63,174 nt of DNA, filler included, from Squatina squatina (GCA_031763465.1; 4 parts of 3 records of this genome joined end to end with filler, not necessarily neighbours in it); one strand, 5' to 3'. Shown: positions 23,001 through 37,740, counted from the first letter of the whole stretch. Numbers and translations are program-made. Notes: generated by a model not told the origin, from the letters alone.

Positions 23001-25427
23001 CAATGATGTGGGTTTGGGATAAAAACATTTCCCAGGACACTGGGGGGGAGGGGGAACGACTCCCCCGCTCTTCTTCGAAATAGTGACGCAGGATCTTTTA
23101 CAACCGCCTGAGAGAGCAGATGGAGGTCTGGGGTGCGGTCGCCAGCGGGGAGGGCATCGATAAACTGAGAAGAATTTTCACCCTCAACAAGTTTTAAACA
23201 AAAGCATTTTCCTGCTGTTCTCCACTTGCCACTGCTGCCGTTCGATACGCAGCCTCAGACTGTGCCTCGCAATAACTCTATAGATAAGGATTAGTGTCAG
23301 TCAGGTTGTTTGAAAGCTGGGACCCTTCCAGCATACAGGAATTTGAGCTCACAGAACTCATTATCTTTCACATAAACCTGATCTAACAAAGGACCTTCTG
23401 TGGAACTGTTAGCAGCCAATATTAGGAAAAGGCAAAAACAACCACACTGGTGTTTTCTACCCTGAAATCCCCACTCTGGCTCCCAATTGGCTTTGGAAGG
23501 AGAAAAAAAACCATTTCTGTTGCTTTCTGTGGTGGAAACAAAGGCCTCGTGCTTGGTGTTCAATGAAATAGAATGAAGTATGCAGGGGGTGCTACTCGGT
23601 AGGCTGTCTGGATGTAAATCCGCAGTATTGTTCAAATCCTTCCTATTTCAGGTTAATCTGACATGCTGAAGTTTAATACACTATTTAAATTATAGTTTTC
23701 CTTTGTTTCTCCATGTTCTTGTGAACCATTCTGCGCTGAAATATGGCTAAGTGACCCATTTCTAATCCTGGACGATTGTGCACCTTGTAACGATGCGACA
23801 CCCACACAACCTTGGGTGAATTGATCTTCCCATCACTCACTGTCTCTTTGTATGGACTGCCTAAGATCCATAAAGGTTTTTTAGAATAGTAAAGGACAAT
23901 ATTCAAATACTTTTAAAACCTTTTTAAAATATAGCAAACAGTTTGATTAGTTTATTGCTAATTGTTCTCAGTTCTTGAGTAACGGCATGGTATTTGTCAA
24001 GATTCAGTGATGACTAAGGTCAATAAATTGTGTTTTGGGTTGGTGTCCTGGATAGCTTCCAGTGTTTTGCTGATTAAAAGCATAAGTGATCCATTCAGCA
24101 CATCACTGTTTGCATGTGATTAAAGTCCTTCACTATTAAATGTCGCTCCTCTGGCTGTTAACTGGTGAGCTGACCTGTCCAGTTAAACCAGCAAAATATA
24201 ATTGTGTTGTGTTGTTTGTGAAACACTGCAGTAGGCGGCTGCATCTGTTCATATAATTTTCAGGAAGGAACCTAACTATTCTACCCTAGAGTTAGAACAT
24301 TTGTTTTGTGTAAAAGGCCCTTGTGTAAGTCAGTGTAATGTTCCTTATGAATTGTGAAAAAACTTCTTGTACAACAGNNNNNNNNNNNNNNNNNNNNNNN
24401 NNNNNNNNNNNNNNNNNNNNNNNNNNNNNNNNNNNNNNNNNNNNNNNNNNNNNNNNNNNNNNNNNNNNNNNNNNNNNGAGACTCTCTTTTTGGCAAAAAA
24501 TTACATGGAAATTCAAGCTGATATGAGGCATTATCTGATTTTTAATCTGAAGCAGGACAATTATCTCAAGCTGAGTTGTATTTAGAGCTCTTTAATGCAA
24601 AGCAACTTCATGCACGCTGCAAAAGTGATGTAGTTTTGACTTGCACTCTGATTTTTATTTATTTCCCACGAACTCCCTCTCTGGAGGAGGGAAATGGAAG
24701 GATTAGTTGGTCTGGGAGGCCTCGGTGTTCTGGTCTGATGTATCTCCCAATGGTTAGCTGATGAGCAGCAGAGGCCAAGGAACAGATTGTATAAAGGTTT
24801 CTTTCAGCTCAGGAAATGGCATGTGGCACTGGAGAAGCTGAAAAAGGAAGAGGAAATGGCTTTCTTGACAGCTCGGTGAGTTTGTGCAGTGAATAGCAAA
24901 ACTATACAGAGTGTGATTCAATTATCAGTCTCTGCTGAATTAGCTAACCTCAGCTCCAGCAACGATAGAGGTGCTACAATTTGCTTCAACACCCTTTTGT
25001 TATGAAAGGAAAAATCAGTCAGCGTTCCTGTCCTGCACCTGGTCGTTAGCCAGTTCTGAAAGTGAGTGTGACTGAATGTTATTTGCGGTCAGAATTGAGC
25101 TCAGTTGTGATTTGTCCTGCAGTTGAATTGCTGGATGCCATGCATTTTCAAAGCTCGCATCTGAGCCATAGCTGCTTGAGTGAGCGGCCATGGAATCATA
25201 CCTCAGCAATGTGACTTAACACCTTCAGGCAAGCAGCGAAATGGTGGCTCAACATGAGAATTTTTTTAAAGAGGCAGAGGTTAAACTGATGTTAGGAAAA
25301 AAAAATGTCTTCCATGGCTAGGTCCTGTGTTTTTGGGTTGCGCATAATTCAGGGTCCCTGTCTACCATTGACTTGGTTTAACCATTCTTTCTGTTTGATA
25401 ACCTCTCCCCATTTCAATATTTTTCAG

Positions 25428-25569
25428 GTTATGACTGCCCTGCAACAGAAGGAGTGTTTGATTATGCTGCGGCGGTAGCTGGGGCCACTCTTACAGCTGC
25501 ACAGTGCCTGATGGACAAAAAGTATCAGGTGGCAATAAATTGGCCTGGGGGATGGCATCATGCAAAGAA
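25428..25569 (+). CDS. HDAC8: Histone deacetylase 8 internal exon (human exon 4 equivalent)
   Basis: TTTCAG acceptor, GTAAGT donor, 142 bp: [48 protein letters not shown] including the catalytic His-His pair. Confidence 0.96.
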
Positions 25570-27128
25570 GTAAGTGCCAGGAAAATAATTTCACCCAGCA
25601 AAATAAGGGTTTAAACAAAATAAATTCAAAAAATTACATATTTCAAAATAATGTTAANNNNNNNNNNNNNNNNNNNNNNNNNNNNNNNNNNNNNNNNNNN
25701 NNNNNNNNNNNNNNNNNNNNNNNNNNNNNNNNNNNNNNNNNNNNNNNNNNNNNNNNNAGGTAGTAATTTCATTTTTATAATTTAATCTTGGTGTTCAAAT
25801 GATGATTGTAAACTGTTTAACTTTGCTTTCATGTTTTGACATCTGATCCCTCAGTCTGTTACTCATTCTAATGAACTAGAGAGGAAGAGAAAGATGGGAT
25901 TGAGAGAGAGAGAGAGGTAAAAGAGACAGAACAAAAATGTTTTTTAAAAAAAGCTTTTTTTTTTAGAACTCCAACCATAATTAAAATATGAAGGAATGAG
26001 ACTCCGTGCTTTTAAATGTAAATTTTCAGTGCCAGAGAGATTGTTTGGNNNNNNNNNNTAAGACTTAGCACGCCATTAAAAATTCACTTACACTTGAATG
26101 GACAAACCCTAACTTTTTCTGCCATGTTTACCGTGTATCTAGTGGGTAAGTACCACAACTTCACACCCTTCCATGTGCCTGAATGCCGAGTCTCGGGGAG
26201 ATACCGGTATAGCAAAGTCAAGGAGCAGGGCACCTTGAACACCAACTTCCTGATTTCCATGTTTGACTGTGCATGTGTTGACGCCGGAAGTTGCTGTCCA
26301 AGTTACTTCATAATAACGGCGGGTGCTGATATCCTCACCATTATTCTTATCGCAAAGTCTGGGCCATTTAATTCCTCTTAAATCTGCTATTTTAAAAATA
26401 ACTTTGTAAATTCTGCAAGAACTGTCACAAGCCATTATTCCTCGAGATACTGCAACATAAGTTAATAGTACCCCTTGTCCTACATGATGATGTAGCACGG
26501 TTTGCATCTTGAAGCATTATTAGAAAATATCCATGTGAAAAAGGGCGTCTGCTGGGATACACCATGTTGGTTAAAAATTCTCCCTTTCGCTGAACCTATT
26601 GTGATTATCTTTATGGACAAAAGGGATGTTTACCATCCTTTATTGTAACCTTTATTTTTGTAAATTGAACTCCCATTTTTATCTTGAAGTATTGTCTCTC
26701 TTTTTCTTGGTCTCGTTACACTCGCAATGTCCTTTATCAGGATAGTGAGTCAGTGACCCATTCCCAGATCTTCAACAATACTAGTGTAAAACTAGGAGGT
26801 GCAGGGCAATGGCCTGAAGTCTCTCTTGTGCTGATCTTTCTTCTCTTCTCGTTGGAGAAAGAGCTGACTTCCCTCAGCACATCCCCACAACATTATGGCT
26901 GAGATGAGTATGTCACTGTGTGAACAAAAACTGGAACGAAACCAGTATCCTAATACTCAATGGTATAACACATTGGAAGTACTCTATAACAACCATTTTT
27001 GAGACATTCTGAAAAGATTAGCCTGTATCTATGAAATGCTAAGCGGCCTTTTCTCAAAGTCCATGTACCAATAAAGCCAGTATGTCCTAATCATTGCTAT
27101 TCTTTCTCTTATTTTTCATTGTCTCCAG

Positions 27129-27206
27129 GTGTAGAAGATGCATTCAGTTTTACATCAAAAGTAATGACCGTATCTTTTCACAAGTATTCCCCTGGATTCT
27201 TCCCAG
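27129..27206 (+). CDS. HDAC8: HDAC8 internal exon (exon 6 equivalent)
   Basis: 78 bp, CAG/GTAGGT: [27 protein letters not shown]. Confidence 0.96.
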
Positions 27207-27304
27207 GTAGGTCTGCTGTCTCTTCAGTCCTTTCTTTGGATTACAGCATTTGTACAATTTCTTTTTTTCAGCCATTTTATGATTTCTTGTGGTTATTTCT
27301 CAAG

Positions 27305-27413
27305 GGACAGGTGATGTGACAGATATTGGAATGGGGAAAGGAAGGTATTACACTGTGAATGTTCCATTACAAGATGGCATTCAAGATAACCGATACTACC
27401 AAATATGTGAAAG
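27305..27413 (+). CDS. HDAC8: HDAC8 internal exon (exon 7 equivalent)
   Basis: 109 bp, AAG/GTAGGA, in frame with neighbouring exons: [37 protein letters not shown]. Confidence 0.95.
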
Positions 27414-29155
27414 GTAGGAACTCCTGTCGAATTCAATCAGATCCTGATCAATACAGNNNNNNNNNNNNNNNNNNNNNNNNNNNNNNNNNNNNNNNNNNNN
27501 NNNNNNNNNNNNNNNNNNNNNNNNNNNNNNNNNNNNNNNNNNNNNNNNNNNNNNNNGGATCTCTGTTTATGTTAATCCAGCACTCTTGCACTGTAACACT
27601 TCTTAGCCAGAACCCTGTGTTGATGACTGAATCTGTACAGATGTTATTACAGTTGCCTTGAGCTATCGGACTCGGTAATTACTTGCAACCACTCTCCCTA
27701 CTGATAATTTAGCTGTCACACACTGTCAGCACTGATAATTGCTTCCAGCCAGTTATATTGATATTCAAATATGTTCACAATCAACAGGATTTTGAAAATA
27801 TTTTGTTTTGTTAATAGGATTTCCTATTGATGAGACTCATTATTGCAGAATTTTAGTTAGTTGGGAATATTGAGAGTTAAGCCTACAAAAATGTTGAGCT
27901 TTTTTTGAATCCTAAGAAGAATTTGTTCCAACAAGAGAATTTATACAGTGATGTCTTTTGCTTATTTAATATTGCTTTAATTATGGTTTTGTAATATTAA
28001 ACATTGAGATCCTTTACAAACAATATCTATGATGAAAAAGATATGTGGAAGCTGTAAACAATTAGTTCTCAAAGGAGGAATAGCTGGTTTTTACTTTGGT
28101 ACTGAGGGGGACTGTGGTAACTCGCTCCAGGTGCCAGCCTGGGGATGGTAGGGTTTACTCCAGTTAACCATTTAAAGAAAAAAATCTGACCATCACAACC
28201 AGTCATAAACTTTAACATTATTTTGTTCGATTTTATTTAATTTCTATGTATTTATTTATACCTGTGCCAATTTAGGAATACTGGTTTTATGATTTTTTTT
28301 ATATTGGGTAATTTAATCGTGCACCTGAAGACTACTAACAAGAACAGATGTTTTACATCTTTGACCCTGATGGACGGTGGGAGCACAAAAAGACTGAGTG
28401 AGCCAACAGGCAAGGCACAGAATGCGTTCTAGCAACCATGGCTCACTAGCTCGCAAAGTTATGTTTGATATTCTGCTCAAACATTTGCAAAGAATGGGTG
28501 GCATTCCACGTGGTAACAGTGTAAGAGGGCTGGAGAAGTGGCATATGAAGCTGAGTTGTGACTTAGTAGACCTCTGGATTGATATGGAATGTTGAGGTAT
28601 TCATGCAGCTTGTGTGTTCAGGCAATTGAACACTGGAGATTTTTAAGGGGAATAGCTTGCATGAGTGTTATACAACTGAGATTCATTTGTCAAGATATAG
28701 CACCATGGAGCTGGAGGACATGGAATTGTCCCTACTATTACCAGTCTTCACGCCATCAAAAGGCCATTTCCCTGAAGGGAATGGCACGAGAGGAAAATCA
28801 GATAGAAAATCATCTTGGGATGCTCTCATGGAACTTCCTATCAGCCAATTCAAGAGTCAAATGGTGGATGACTGGAACAGGCTTGCATACCTCCCTATTG
28901 ATTGCATGGAGGATAGCATATGATGGATAAGTAATGAATCAATAAGGAATAGCCTTGGTGTTAGACGGACCTTTTTTTAATGCATTCTGGGGAAGTGGCC
29001 GTCACTGGCAAGGCCGGCATTTATTGCCCATCCCTATGGGTCCATGTGGAGTAGGACTGATGAGGAAATCCCGGAAATGATGTTCCTGGGATGCCAACTG
29101 CAGCAAATATCTGTTGGCCAATAACATCTATTTACTTATTTTGCTTCCTCTCTAG

Positions 29156-29328
29156 TGTGTTGAAAGAGGTGTATTCATCATTCAATCCGGAAGCAGTGGT
29201 CTGCCAGCTAGGAGCAGACACTATTGCTGGAGATCCGATGTGCTCCTTTAATATGACACCAGTTGGAGTGGGAAAGTGCCTGCGTTATATTCTGAACTGG
29301 GAGCTCCCAACTCTGGTCTTGGGAGGAG
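29156..29328 (+). CDS. HDAC8: HDAC8 internal exon (exon 8 equivalent)
   Basis: 173 bp, TAG/GTGAGT: [58 protein letters not shown]. Confidence 0.96.
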
Positions 29329-31029
29329 GTGAGTCCATCTGTCTTTTGTTGCAACATGTTCTTTGATAAATACAGAGATGATTGATAACTGCAAATAGAA
29401 AAGTAATTAGTGTATTGGCCAGTTGCAAATTGGCTGTAAAAAGGAGTCCATTGCTGTGTGCTTTAAAAATAATTTAACATTGCATTTATGCGTGTTTTTT
29501 TTTAAAGCAAGAGCTCCTTAGCAATTGTGTAAGTAAATGCATCACACGGTGTGGTACTGAAGCATACAGACCAGGATCCATTCCTGGTCTGTACTGAATT
29601 AACTGATTTTAGTTGGAGCAGTGGTGGGGGTCCAGCAATTTTGGTCAATATCCTTGAGTTAGGGAAGTAAGAGAGCTAGGGTTCCCACTCCTTATTCCTA
29701 GCAGTGGTATCTTCTGAAAGTCTGCATTTGTGGGTGTCTGATGAGGGGAGGATTNNNNNNNNNNNNNNNNNNNNNNNNNNNNNNNNNNNNNNNNNNNNNN
29801 NNNNNNNNNNNNNNNNNNNNNNNNNNNNNNNNNNNNNNNNNNNNNNNNNNNNNNTTAAGAAGTGCCTTACCAGTTTCAAATGTCTGAGCTTCACACAATT
29901 CACACTTGGAGTCCAGGGACCATTGATTTATAGGCAAGCCTGGCAATGTCCCACAAACAGCCATAAGATGATCAGTTAGGGTTTTCAGTGATATTGGTTG
30001 AGGGAGGAATGTTGGTGAAGATCAAGAAATTGAACAAAAGTAAAGAAAATAAGAATAAAGAGGAGTAACCAGAACATATAAGCAAAAAAAAGTGAAAATT
30101 TGAAAGCAAAAAGTAGCAAAAGGGCAGCACAGTGTGAGAAAATTTAAAATCAAAAAAGTTTAACGTACAGTGAAAATGAAGTAAAGGAAGAGACACAGTT
30201 CAGTTCTCTAGTCCTTGTCTTCATATCATCAGCATCATGCAGATATTAAGCTTGAAGGGGGAGTCCAATCTGGCTGGAACTGGCACTTTCAATTTCTCAA
30301 CCCACCATTCCTGAATGTCCCTAATTTTACAGACTGTCTCTGGTTGAGAGGTCTGCCACATCCTTTTACACTCACCAAAGCATTCCTGTGAAATTTCTTG
30401 TTTATTATAACAAAAAAACAATGAGAGCATTGTCACAGTTCATCTGTGGAGGTTAATAAAAAAGGGATACTTCAGCTTAAACCAATCCACTCCGTCACCA
30501 ACATCTTCTTGTCATTGCTTGTTTTTAATACATTTTTTAAACCAAGTCCTATTTAAGTGTATTTTAAACATAGGGTTTTAACTATACCTCAGCCTTATTA
30601 AAAGTTTGGTAGCATTTTTTACCAATCTTAAAGAGCCAAACTCTAATGGTATTTTGTACATTGTTCCTGTTACTGTTTCTTATTTTTGCAGTTTTTGTGG
30701 TGGCCAGAAACTTATACAATAAGTGGCTATTAATAAACGGAATTACAAATGCCAACTATTTCTCTTTACTTTCAGACAATGCTCTTTTAACAGGGTTTCT
30801 AGCGGCTAGTCCATTACAGTCATGACCATGGTTTAGTTTTGCTATTTTTCTTGAGCTTCCTGGACTTCCATGTGCTGCATTATTCCTCATTTTTTCCTTT
30901 TTGGGTGCAAGTCTAGGAGAGCAACCAAGAAGAAAATAATGAGACAACCATCCCTTGAAAAGGATCTCTCAGCTTCAGGATAACCATATGATCTGTTCCT
31001 GTGCTGTATGCCATCTAACCATTGGCAAC

Positions 31030-31320
31030 AATGGTGCAGAAATTGTGGGTGGATGTCTCCGACCTGAAAAATATCTACGAACTTACCTGGTGGTCCGGGA
31101 GGTTTGCGGTCCTGGGCCTCGACGCGTAGGCCAGTGTAGAGACTCACATATCCCAGGGTCATAGGCACTTCGCAAACGTCCCTGGGATCACATGGGCAGG
31201 CCCAACCAATCAAAGTAGAGGTATTCTCATTCATATTTGTGAGTTCTGTATAAATTATTTTAAAAACTTTATTTTTCTGTCCGGTCTGCTTTTATCAGTC
31301 GTAAGAATTGCAAGGGCAAT
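31030..31320 (+). mobile_element. Non-autonomous TIR element related to the 35672 and 38812 family
   Basis: Shares TACxxACTTACCT..GGTCC and CACATGGG.AGGCCC..CCA blocks with 35672-35873. Confidence 0.45.
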
Positions 31321-34016
31321 TCGCTGGGCAAGAGCTGAGCAAATAGCCCAACTCTCCGCCTGCGGAGGCCCTTTACTTTCGGATGCTTGACCCATTGCTT
31401 GATGCCTAAACCCAGAACTTGCGTGGCCCCTGTGTGCGTGCCCGTAGGAGCTGCAAACTCAGCCCCAATGTATTTATTGTGACTTCTCTCCCCCCACCAC
31501 CCATACACACACACAATTTTTGCACCCTCTCTCTCATGAAGGCATTGGCTCCTTGCTGGGGTATTATTTCCATGGGCCCCAGTCACCCTCTGGTGCATCA
31601 CCCAAGTCACTGTTACTGATGTGAAAGCCCTGACAATGAAAGGCTATTAAATCATTGGGGCATCACAGTCAAGCCGGATCCTGTTCAATATACATGCACA
31701 TGAATTTCCAGCAAGAGTAACTGGAGAGTGACCAAGGCAAGAGCCTTGGCTGATTTTCCCATCTCTTACCAATGGCGCTGACATCCATTATAGCACTCCA
31801 TATGTACAATGCTCCGGTTGAGATCCGCTAGCTCAGNNNNNNNNNNNNNNNNNNNNNNNNNNNNNNNNNNNNNNNNNNNNNNNNNNNNNNNNNNNNNNNN
31901 NNNNNNNNNNNNNNNNNNNNNNNNNNNNNNNNNNNNACTGGTCATAGAGCAGCATTGACAAAGACGGCCAGGAGTAGATTGCTTGCCGGCTCTCTTGTTC
32001 TGGAAATGGAGTTGGGATTGCCATCAGGTGAAGAGAAAAATACAAACAAAATATGATTGTCAGGGTGGATAGGAAAGTGAGGGTGAAAAGAATTTAATCA
32101 TATAAAATGTGAGCAATGAAGCTGAGTAATTGAATGAATTCATTGTTAACTCACCGGTGGACAGATGGTTGCAGGAAATTTAAAATACCTTATAATTCTT
32201 ACAACCAATTAAGTTCAAACAATACATTTAATGGGAAGGGTTTTCTAGAAATATTCAGCAAACTCACAGATGTGGTGAGTCAATTCACATGGAAATTCAC
32301 CAAAGTGTCATTGAGTCAATTGAGCATGGTATTATTGTAATGGAAATAACATTCTGCTCTTCTTTCCCCCCAAGGCTTCCTCCTGAACAAAAATATAAAA
32401 ACTCCCCAGTATTTTGATTGTGCAATGTTCACACTAGTTTGGACTGCAGCCACAATTCCCACCCACTTCCCTGCCTTTGCTATTCTGCAGGTATTTAAAG
32501 TAGGGATAAGGTGAGAACAATGCAGGTAATGTGTTCTTACTGTCCTACATTGCAGTTTTGAAACATTTCCAGAAGTTTGTTGGAGAAAATTCTGCAAATT
32601 CTTAAGTTTTGTTTGCAACACAAAATGCATTTGTAACGACCATATCAAAGGTGGAACATTATTTTATACAATATAGCACTGTAAACATACACCTTTTCTT
32701 AAGGTCATTTGCTGGTGAACCGTTGATAAATGCACATGCTAAAAAAAAATAGATGACCTAAAACTGTGGCACTTTTGTCTTATTCTGGGTGGCATGTTGT
32801 AGAACTGTTTAAAATGCACCAAAATTATTTTACCGGCACTGTTACTTAATAAACATATTGTCATTTTGTCATATAGAAGTGAAGAGTGTGAAGCATCTCA
32901 TTTCATAGAGTTAACTATCTGATGTGAGTTATTCAAGACAACAGTTCATGATTCTGACTGTGACTTTTGGAACATATATTTTGCTGTGGGGTGTGTGTAG
33001 TTCTGTGAGAAAAGATCCAAAAAATGAATAGTTCTCAGTTCATCTTTCAGTCTGCTATTTCTCGTTCTTTACATCTCTGTATTTCATCTTTTAATCTATC
33101 TTTTTCCCCCTCACTCTCATCAGCCTTATCTGTGTCCTGTTCTTTNNNNNNNNNNNNNNNNNNNNNNNNNNNNNNNNNNNNNNNNNNNNNNNNNNNNNNN
33201 NNNNNNNNNNNNNNNNNNNNNNNNNNNNNNNNNNNNNNNNNNNNNAAGCACATATGACTCTCGGATGGAAACTAGTTACTTTAAAGGACCACAAGGAATC
33301 ATGTCCCTGCCCCTCAAGGCCCTGACTAAGTTTCACCTCAGACCTAGCTCTTTAATCAATTCTCAATAATCTGTGAATGATCTATTAAGACAGTCTCCAT
33401 CCAAATACAGTGACAGCAATCAAACCATGTATAGAAGATTTCCTGACCTAAGCATGTTATTGGCTTGCTTTTGATGTGTACCTGTTAACCAGGCTGCATT
33501 GTATATTTTCTTAAATTCTCACATCCTGAGGAATTGTCTGGTGAGCTTGTGATGTGCATTAAGTGGGTACCTCCTTTTCACAGTCTTAACTTCTGAGAGA
33601 GACTGGAAGAGAGAAGAAAATTGCAGCCGAGTGCTTGTCCTCGTCTGATGTTCTCAAACTTGGATTTTCGAATGGGGGCACTGAATAGAGATTAGGAACA
33701 CACACACTCGTTGGCTTCCTCTCCCTAGTCTGGAGCACATCTAATTCTTGAGCATATATCTCCTCTCTTTAGCTGAAGATTAGCAAATGACTATCCACTT
33801 AAATTTGTAATGGGGACATGATGGTAGTCTGGGAGCCTTTTATGGTACAGAATTTGGAGAATGTTAATTTCCACCGACTTTATACTGTATGTAGTAAGTT
33901 GCTTGTGGGTGATCTGACTGGGCTACTTTTATATATTTAAAAATTCCTGAGTGAATAGTTTTATAGGATATATTCTGTCCATAAAGAGTTATTCCTGAAT
34001 GCCTATAGCCCCTTGA

Positions 34017-34292
<276 letters not shown>

Positions 34293-34299
34293 TAATCAG

Positions 34300-34570
34300 A
34301 AAAGCTCTGGGTTTGAAGGACTGTACGGCAGTGGTAATTTCCAGTATTTGCAGTACTGAGGGAGTACTGCACTGATGAAAGTGCTGTTTTTAGGATGAGA
34401 TGTTAAACTGATGCCCCATTTGCTCCCTCGGGTGAACGAAAAAGATGCTACGACACTATTCGAAAGAGGAGCTTCTGGTTCTCCTGGTGTCCTGACCAAC
34501 ATTTATCCCCTGCCAGTACCACCAAAACAAATTAACTGGTCTCTTGCCATTTGTGGAACCTTCCTGTGCA
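34300..34570 (+). mobile_element. Diverged DeuSINE in last RPS4X intron
   Basis: CAGTACTGAGGGAGTACTGCACTG...GATGAGATGTTAAACTGATGCCCC matches the reverse complement of 1-100. Confidence 0.7.
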
Positions 34571-34871
34571 CACTCTCTGTATAATTAATCAAAACCTCCT
34601 AATACACATTTTTGGTTGTAGCAACTTGTTAGGAATTTGTATTTTACAAAATGCACCAATAGAAGTTTCTGTGGCAATGCAACCGAGTCTCGTGGCTTTC
34701 CAGGCAAAGCGGGGAGGGGGAGGAGAGGAAATGGTGAAAACATAAAGGTGCCTGGAGACAAGTGATCATTGGGGTCATGTTGATAATGGAACCAAAGGCT
34801 GCAGAAAAAAACATGGCTGTCTTATGTATTAACTTTTTCCCCACCACTTAACCAACTTTCTTTGTTCCTAG

Positions 34872-34973
<102 letters not shown>

Positions 34974-35207
34974 ATATCTGATGGAACTGTACAGTGGTAG
35001 CACCACCCCGCAAGCAGATTAAGAAATTAAAAAAAACTTTCTTTTATATACTCTGCTTTTTGTAGCTTTTATTTAGTTTTCCTTGCTGTACTTATACAAA
35101 ATATGCANNNNNNNNNNNNNNNNNNNNNNNNNNNNNNNNNNNNNNNNNNNNNNNNNNNNNNNNNNNNNNNNNNNNNNNNNNNNNNNNNNNNNNNNNNNNN
35201 NNNNNNN

Positions 35208-35670
35208 AATATTCCAGTGTACCTGGCATTTTAAAAGACAGACACAATGGAAAAGGTAGGCGTTTAGTTCTGATTAAAAAAAAACATGACATAAGGAGTG
35301 TAGTGAGAAAGGATCTTGGCTGAGATAAAAAAAATAACAAGGGGCAGAAAGCACTGGTGGAAGTAGTTTATCGGCCCACAAATATTAGCTATTCCATTGG
35401 GCAGAGTATTACTCAACAAATAATAAGAGCTTGTAACAAACATAATAAAATAATCATGGGGGACTTTAATCTTCATATAGACTGTGCAAATCAAATTGGC
35501 AAAGGTAGTTTGGAGGATGAGTTCGTGGAATGCATTTGAGACAGTTTCCGAGAACAATACTTCATGGAACCAATCAGGGAACAGGCTATTTTAGATCTTA
35601 TATTGTGTAATGAGACAAGATTAATTAGTAATTTCATAGTAAAGGATTGTCTAGGAAAGAGTAATCATAA
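35208..35670 (+). mobile_element. CR1 LINE AP-endonuclease fragment
   Basis: VVYRP, IIMGDFNLHID, EQAILDLILCNE, LGKSNHN (SDH-like); interrupted by a TIR element at 35672. Confidence 0.85.
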
Positions 35671-35671
35671 T

Positions 35672-35873
35672 GGCCTTGAAATTGCGATTGGAGGCTTCCT
35701 GCGTGTGGTTGCCTCCGATTGCAATTTACTCTACATACTTACCTAAGGGTCCTGGATCCATGCAAGTTTGCGATATTCAGCCCCCACTAGTTGGAAGTTC
35801 GGAGCGGGGCTGTTTAGATTCCAGGGCAAGTTGAGTGAAGAGGCTGGAGAGGTCACATGGGAGGCCCCAGCCA
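35672..35873 (+). mobile_element. End of non-autonomous TIR element (GGCCTTGAAATTGCGAT) with subterminal hairpin
   Basis: Reverse-complement homologue at 38588-38812; ATTGCGATTGGAGGC / GCCTCCGATTGCAAT inverted pair. Confidence 0.7.
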
Positions 35874-35917
35874 NNNNNNNNNNNNNNNNNNNNNNNNNNN
35901 NNNNNNNNNNNNNNNNN

Positions 35918-35929
35918 TTAATTAATTAA
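35918..35929. other. Artificial scaffold linker TTAATTAATTAA
   Basis: 44N-12bp-44N construct. Confidence 0.95.
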
Positions 35930-37039
35930 NNNNNNNNNNNNNNNNNNNNNNNNNNNNNNNNNNNNNNNNNNNNAGGTTAAATCCAGTAATCGTACACTCC
36001 CAGCAGGGAGCCGCAGTTGAATAGATGGAAACAGTGTAGCACTGTTTCTCTGACCCATGCTCCCTTTGAGTGTGGGGCCCTGCTTGGAGTACAAGATTGC
36101 TAAATTTATCCTCTAAAATCTAATCTAGCAGAGATATCTGATAGACCATTAAAGGACATAATAGCAGAACAAAAGAAAATCACACTACTGAACAGTTACC
36201 ACAGCTGCTTTTGATTTACTAATCCTATTCTAGGATTACAGTACAAACCTTAATACAGATTAAGGGTAATTCTGTGATTCAGCAGTTCCAGAGAACACAT
36301 TTTAGGAAAACACATGGAATCTAAGGGACTTGTAAAAAAATTAGAGGCTGTTTTCTTCATCCTGACCCGGGCCTCAGGTGGCCCCTCTTGGAGTGAAAGG
36401 GTTCTGCCCAAACATCTGCCCACTCAGTAGGTCGGACGCCTCTGTTGTGCTGCTACAGGCAGGGGCATCTAACCTGGCTAACTCCAATAATACAATCTCT
36501 AGGATTTTGAATGGGTTCAGAAGTCCTGCCCCACTGCACTTCTGTCATCTTAAAAGAGTTGGCAGCATTTCTACCCTAAAATCTTTCCCCATACTCACCC
36601 TGGCAGTCTCCAATCTTTTCCTACATGTTAGTGTGAAAGTAAGCATGTGAATTAACACCCATTCCCACCTTCACAACCTGACAATGGGACCTCCTTTAAT
36701 GAGGTTTTTGAAAGTAGTCAGCCAGGCCCTGCTCCTTGCCGGTATCTGACTCGGTCAAATAAAGCAATACTGTACCTCTCTTTCTTTGGTCAAATCATCC
36801 CACTACTCCAGGACGTACCTAGANNNNNNNNNNAAAAGAAGACTTAAGAGCCAAGTAACAGATTTAGGATTTCTATAATTGTGAACCTGTTGGATTATTG
36901 TTTGACTGTCAGGTACCTTGATGGGGACCAGGAGTCAAACCCAAGACCTTCTGGGCTGTCTGTGCTGCACAGCGGGTGCCTTTACTCACTCGGGTACATT
37001 TTAAAGCAGAACAAGATTTGTTTCTCTTGTAGTGGAACA

Positions 37040-37740
37040 GTAAATGTTTTCATCGCCTTTTCTTATCTACAAAAAACTACATATGGAACTTCTCTGCCCC
37101 AACCCCGCCAAGTGGAAGAAGCTCATGAATTATTCATCTCAAGGATCAAAATGCTTTACTCAACTGTCTCAGCCACCAGCTCCAGCACCTGGATTTACTC
37201 CAGCCCAAAACAACCTTTGCCCCATCCCATAATTCTCAACAGCCTCCCTGCCATCTCCCACCCTCTCCCCCACCGAGGCCCTCACCTAGCTCATCATCTC
37301 CAGGACACTCGCCTCCTGTACCTTCGATCCTTACAGGCCCGTGTCCAGATCACAATTCCCCACTCCTCAGCCAGTAGTCGCTGACAGTATCAATGGCTGC
37401 CTCTCCTTAGCCTGAATTCCTCACCTTCCAAGACTGCCACCTATCATGACCCTCAAGAAACTCATCCTTGAGCCTCCCGTTCCTCTCTAATATCCTTTAG
37501 CATATAGTCGCCATTAACCTCAGTGCCTATCTGTCATATTATCTCCTGCTTGAATGTCTTCGATCCAGTTTCTACCCTTCCCACAGAACCAAGATTAACT
37601 GATCAGAGTCACCAATTAGTAATTGCGACCATAAATTCATTCTTGTCCTCCTTGACCTCTCTGTAATGTTCAACACGGACTACCACTCCACTTCACCATC
37701 TCGGTCTTTTTAACAAAGTTCCACATCTACCTGTCCCTAT
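37040..37740 (+). mobile_element. Highly decayed L2-clade LINE ORF2
   Basis: C-rich strand with remnants FKTA..LKKLIL.P, QSGFRP-like segment, LVLLDLSVMFNT. Confidence 0.6.

Noticed and set aside
23297-23635. 112-aa minus-strand ORF or missing HDAC8 first exons
   Set aside because: No similarity to the HDAC8 N-terminus or any family I recognise.
28398-28930. Overlapping ORFs in HDAC8 intron suggesting a nested gene
   Set aside because: No motifs or splice signals recognised; probably decayed repeat.
33548-33600. Possible box C/D snoRNA near RPS4X (GTGATGT...CTGA)
   Set aside because: Imperfect C box, too short, weak terminal stem, and it overlaps a SINE relic.
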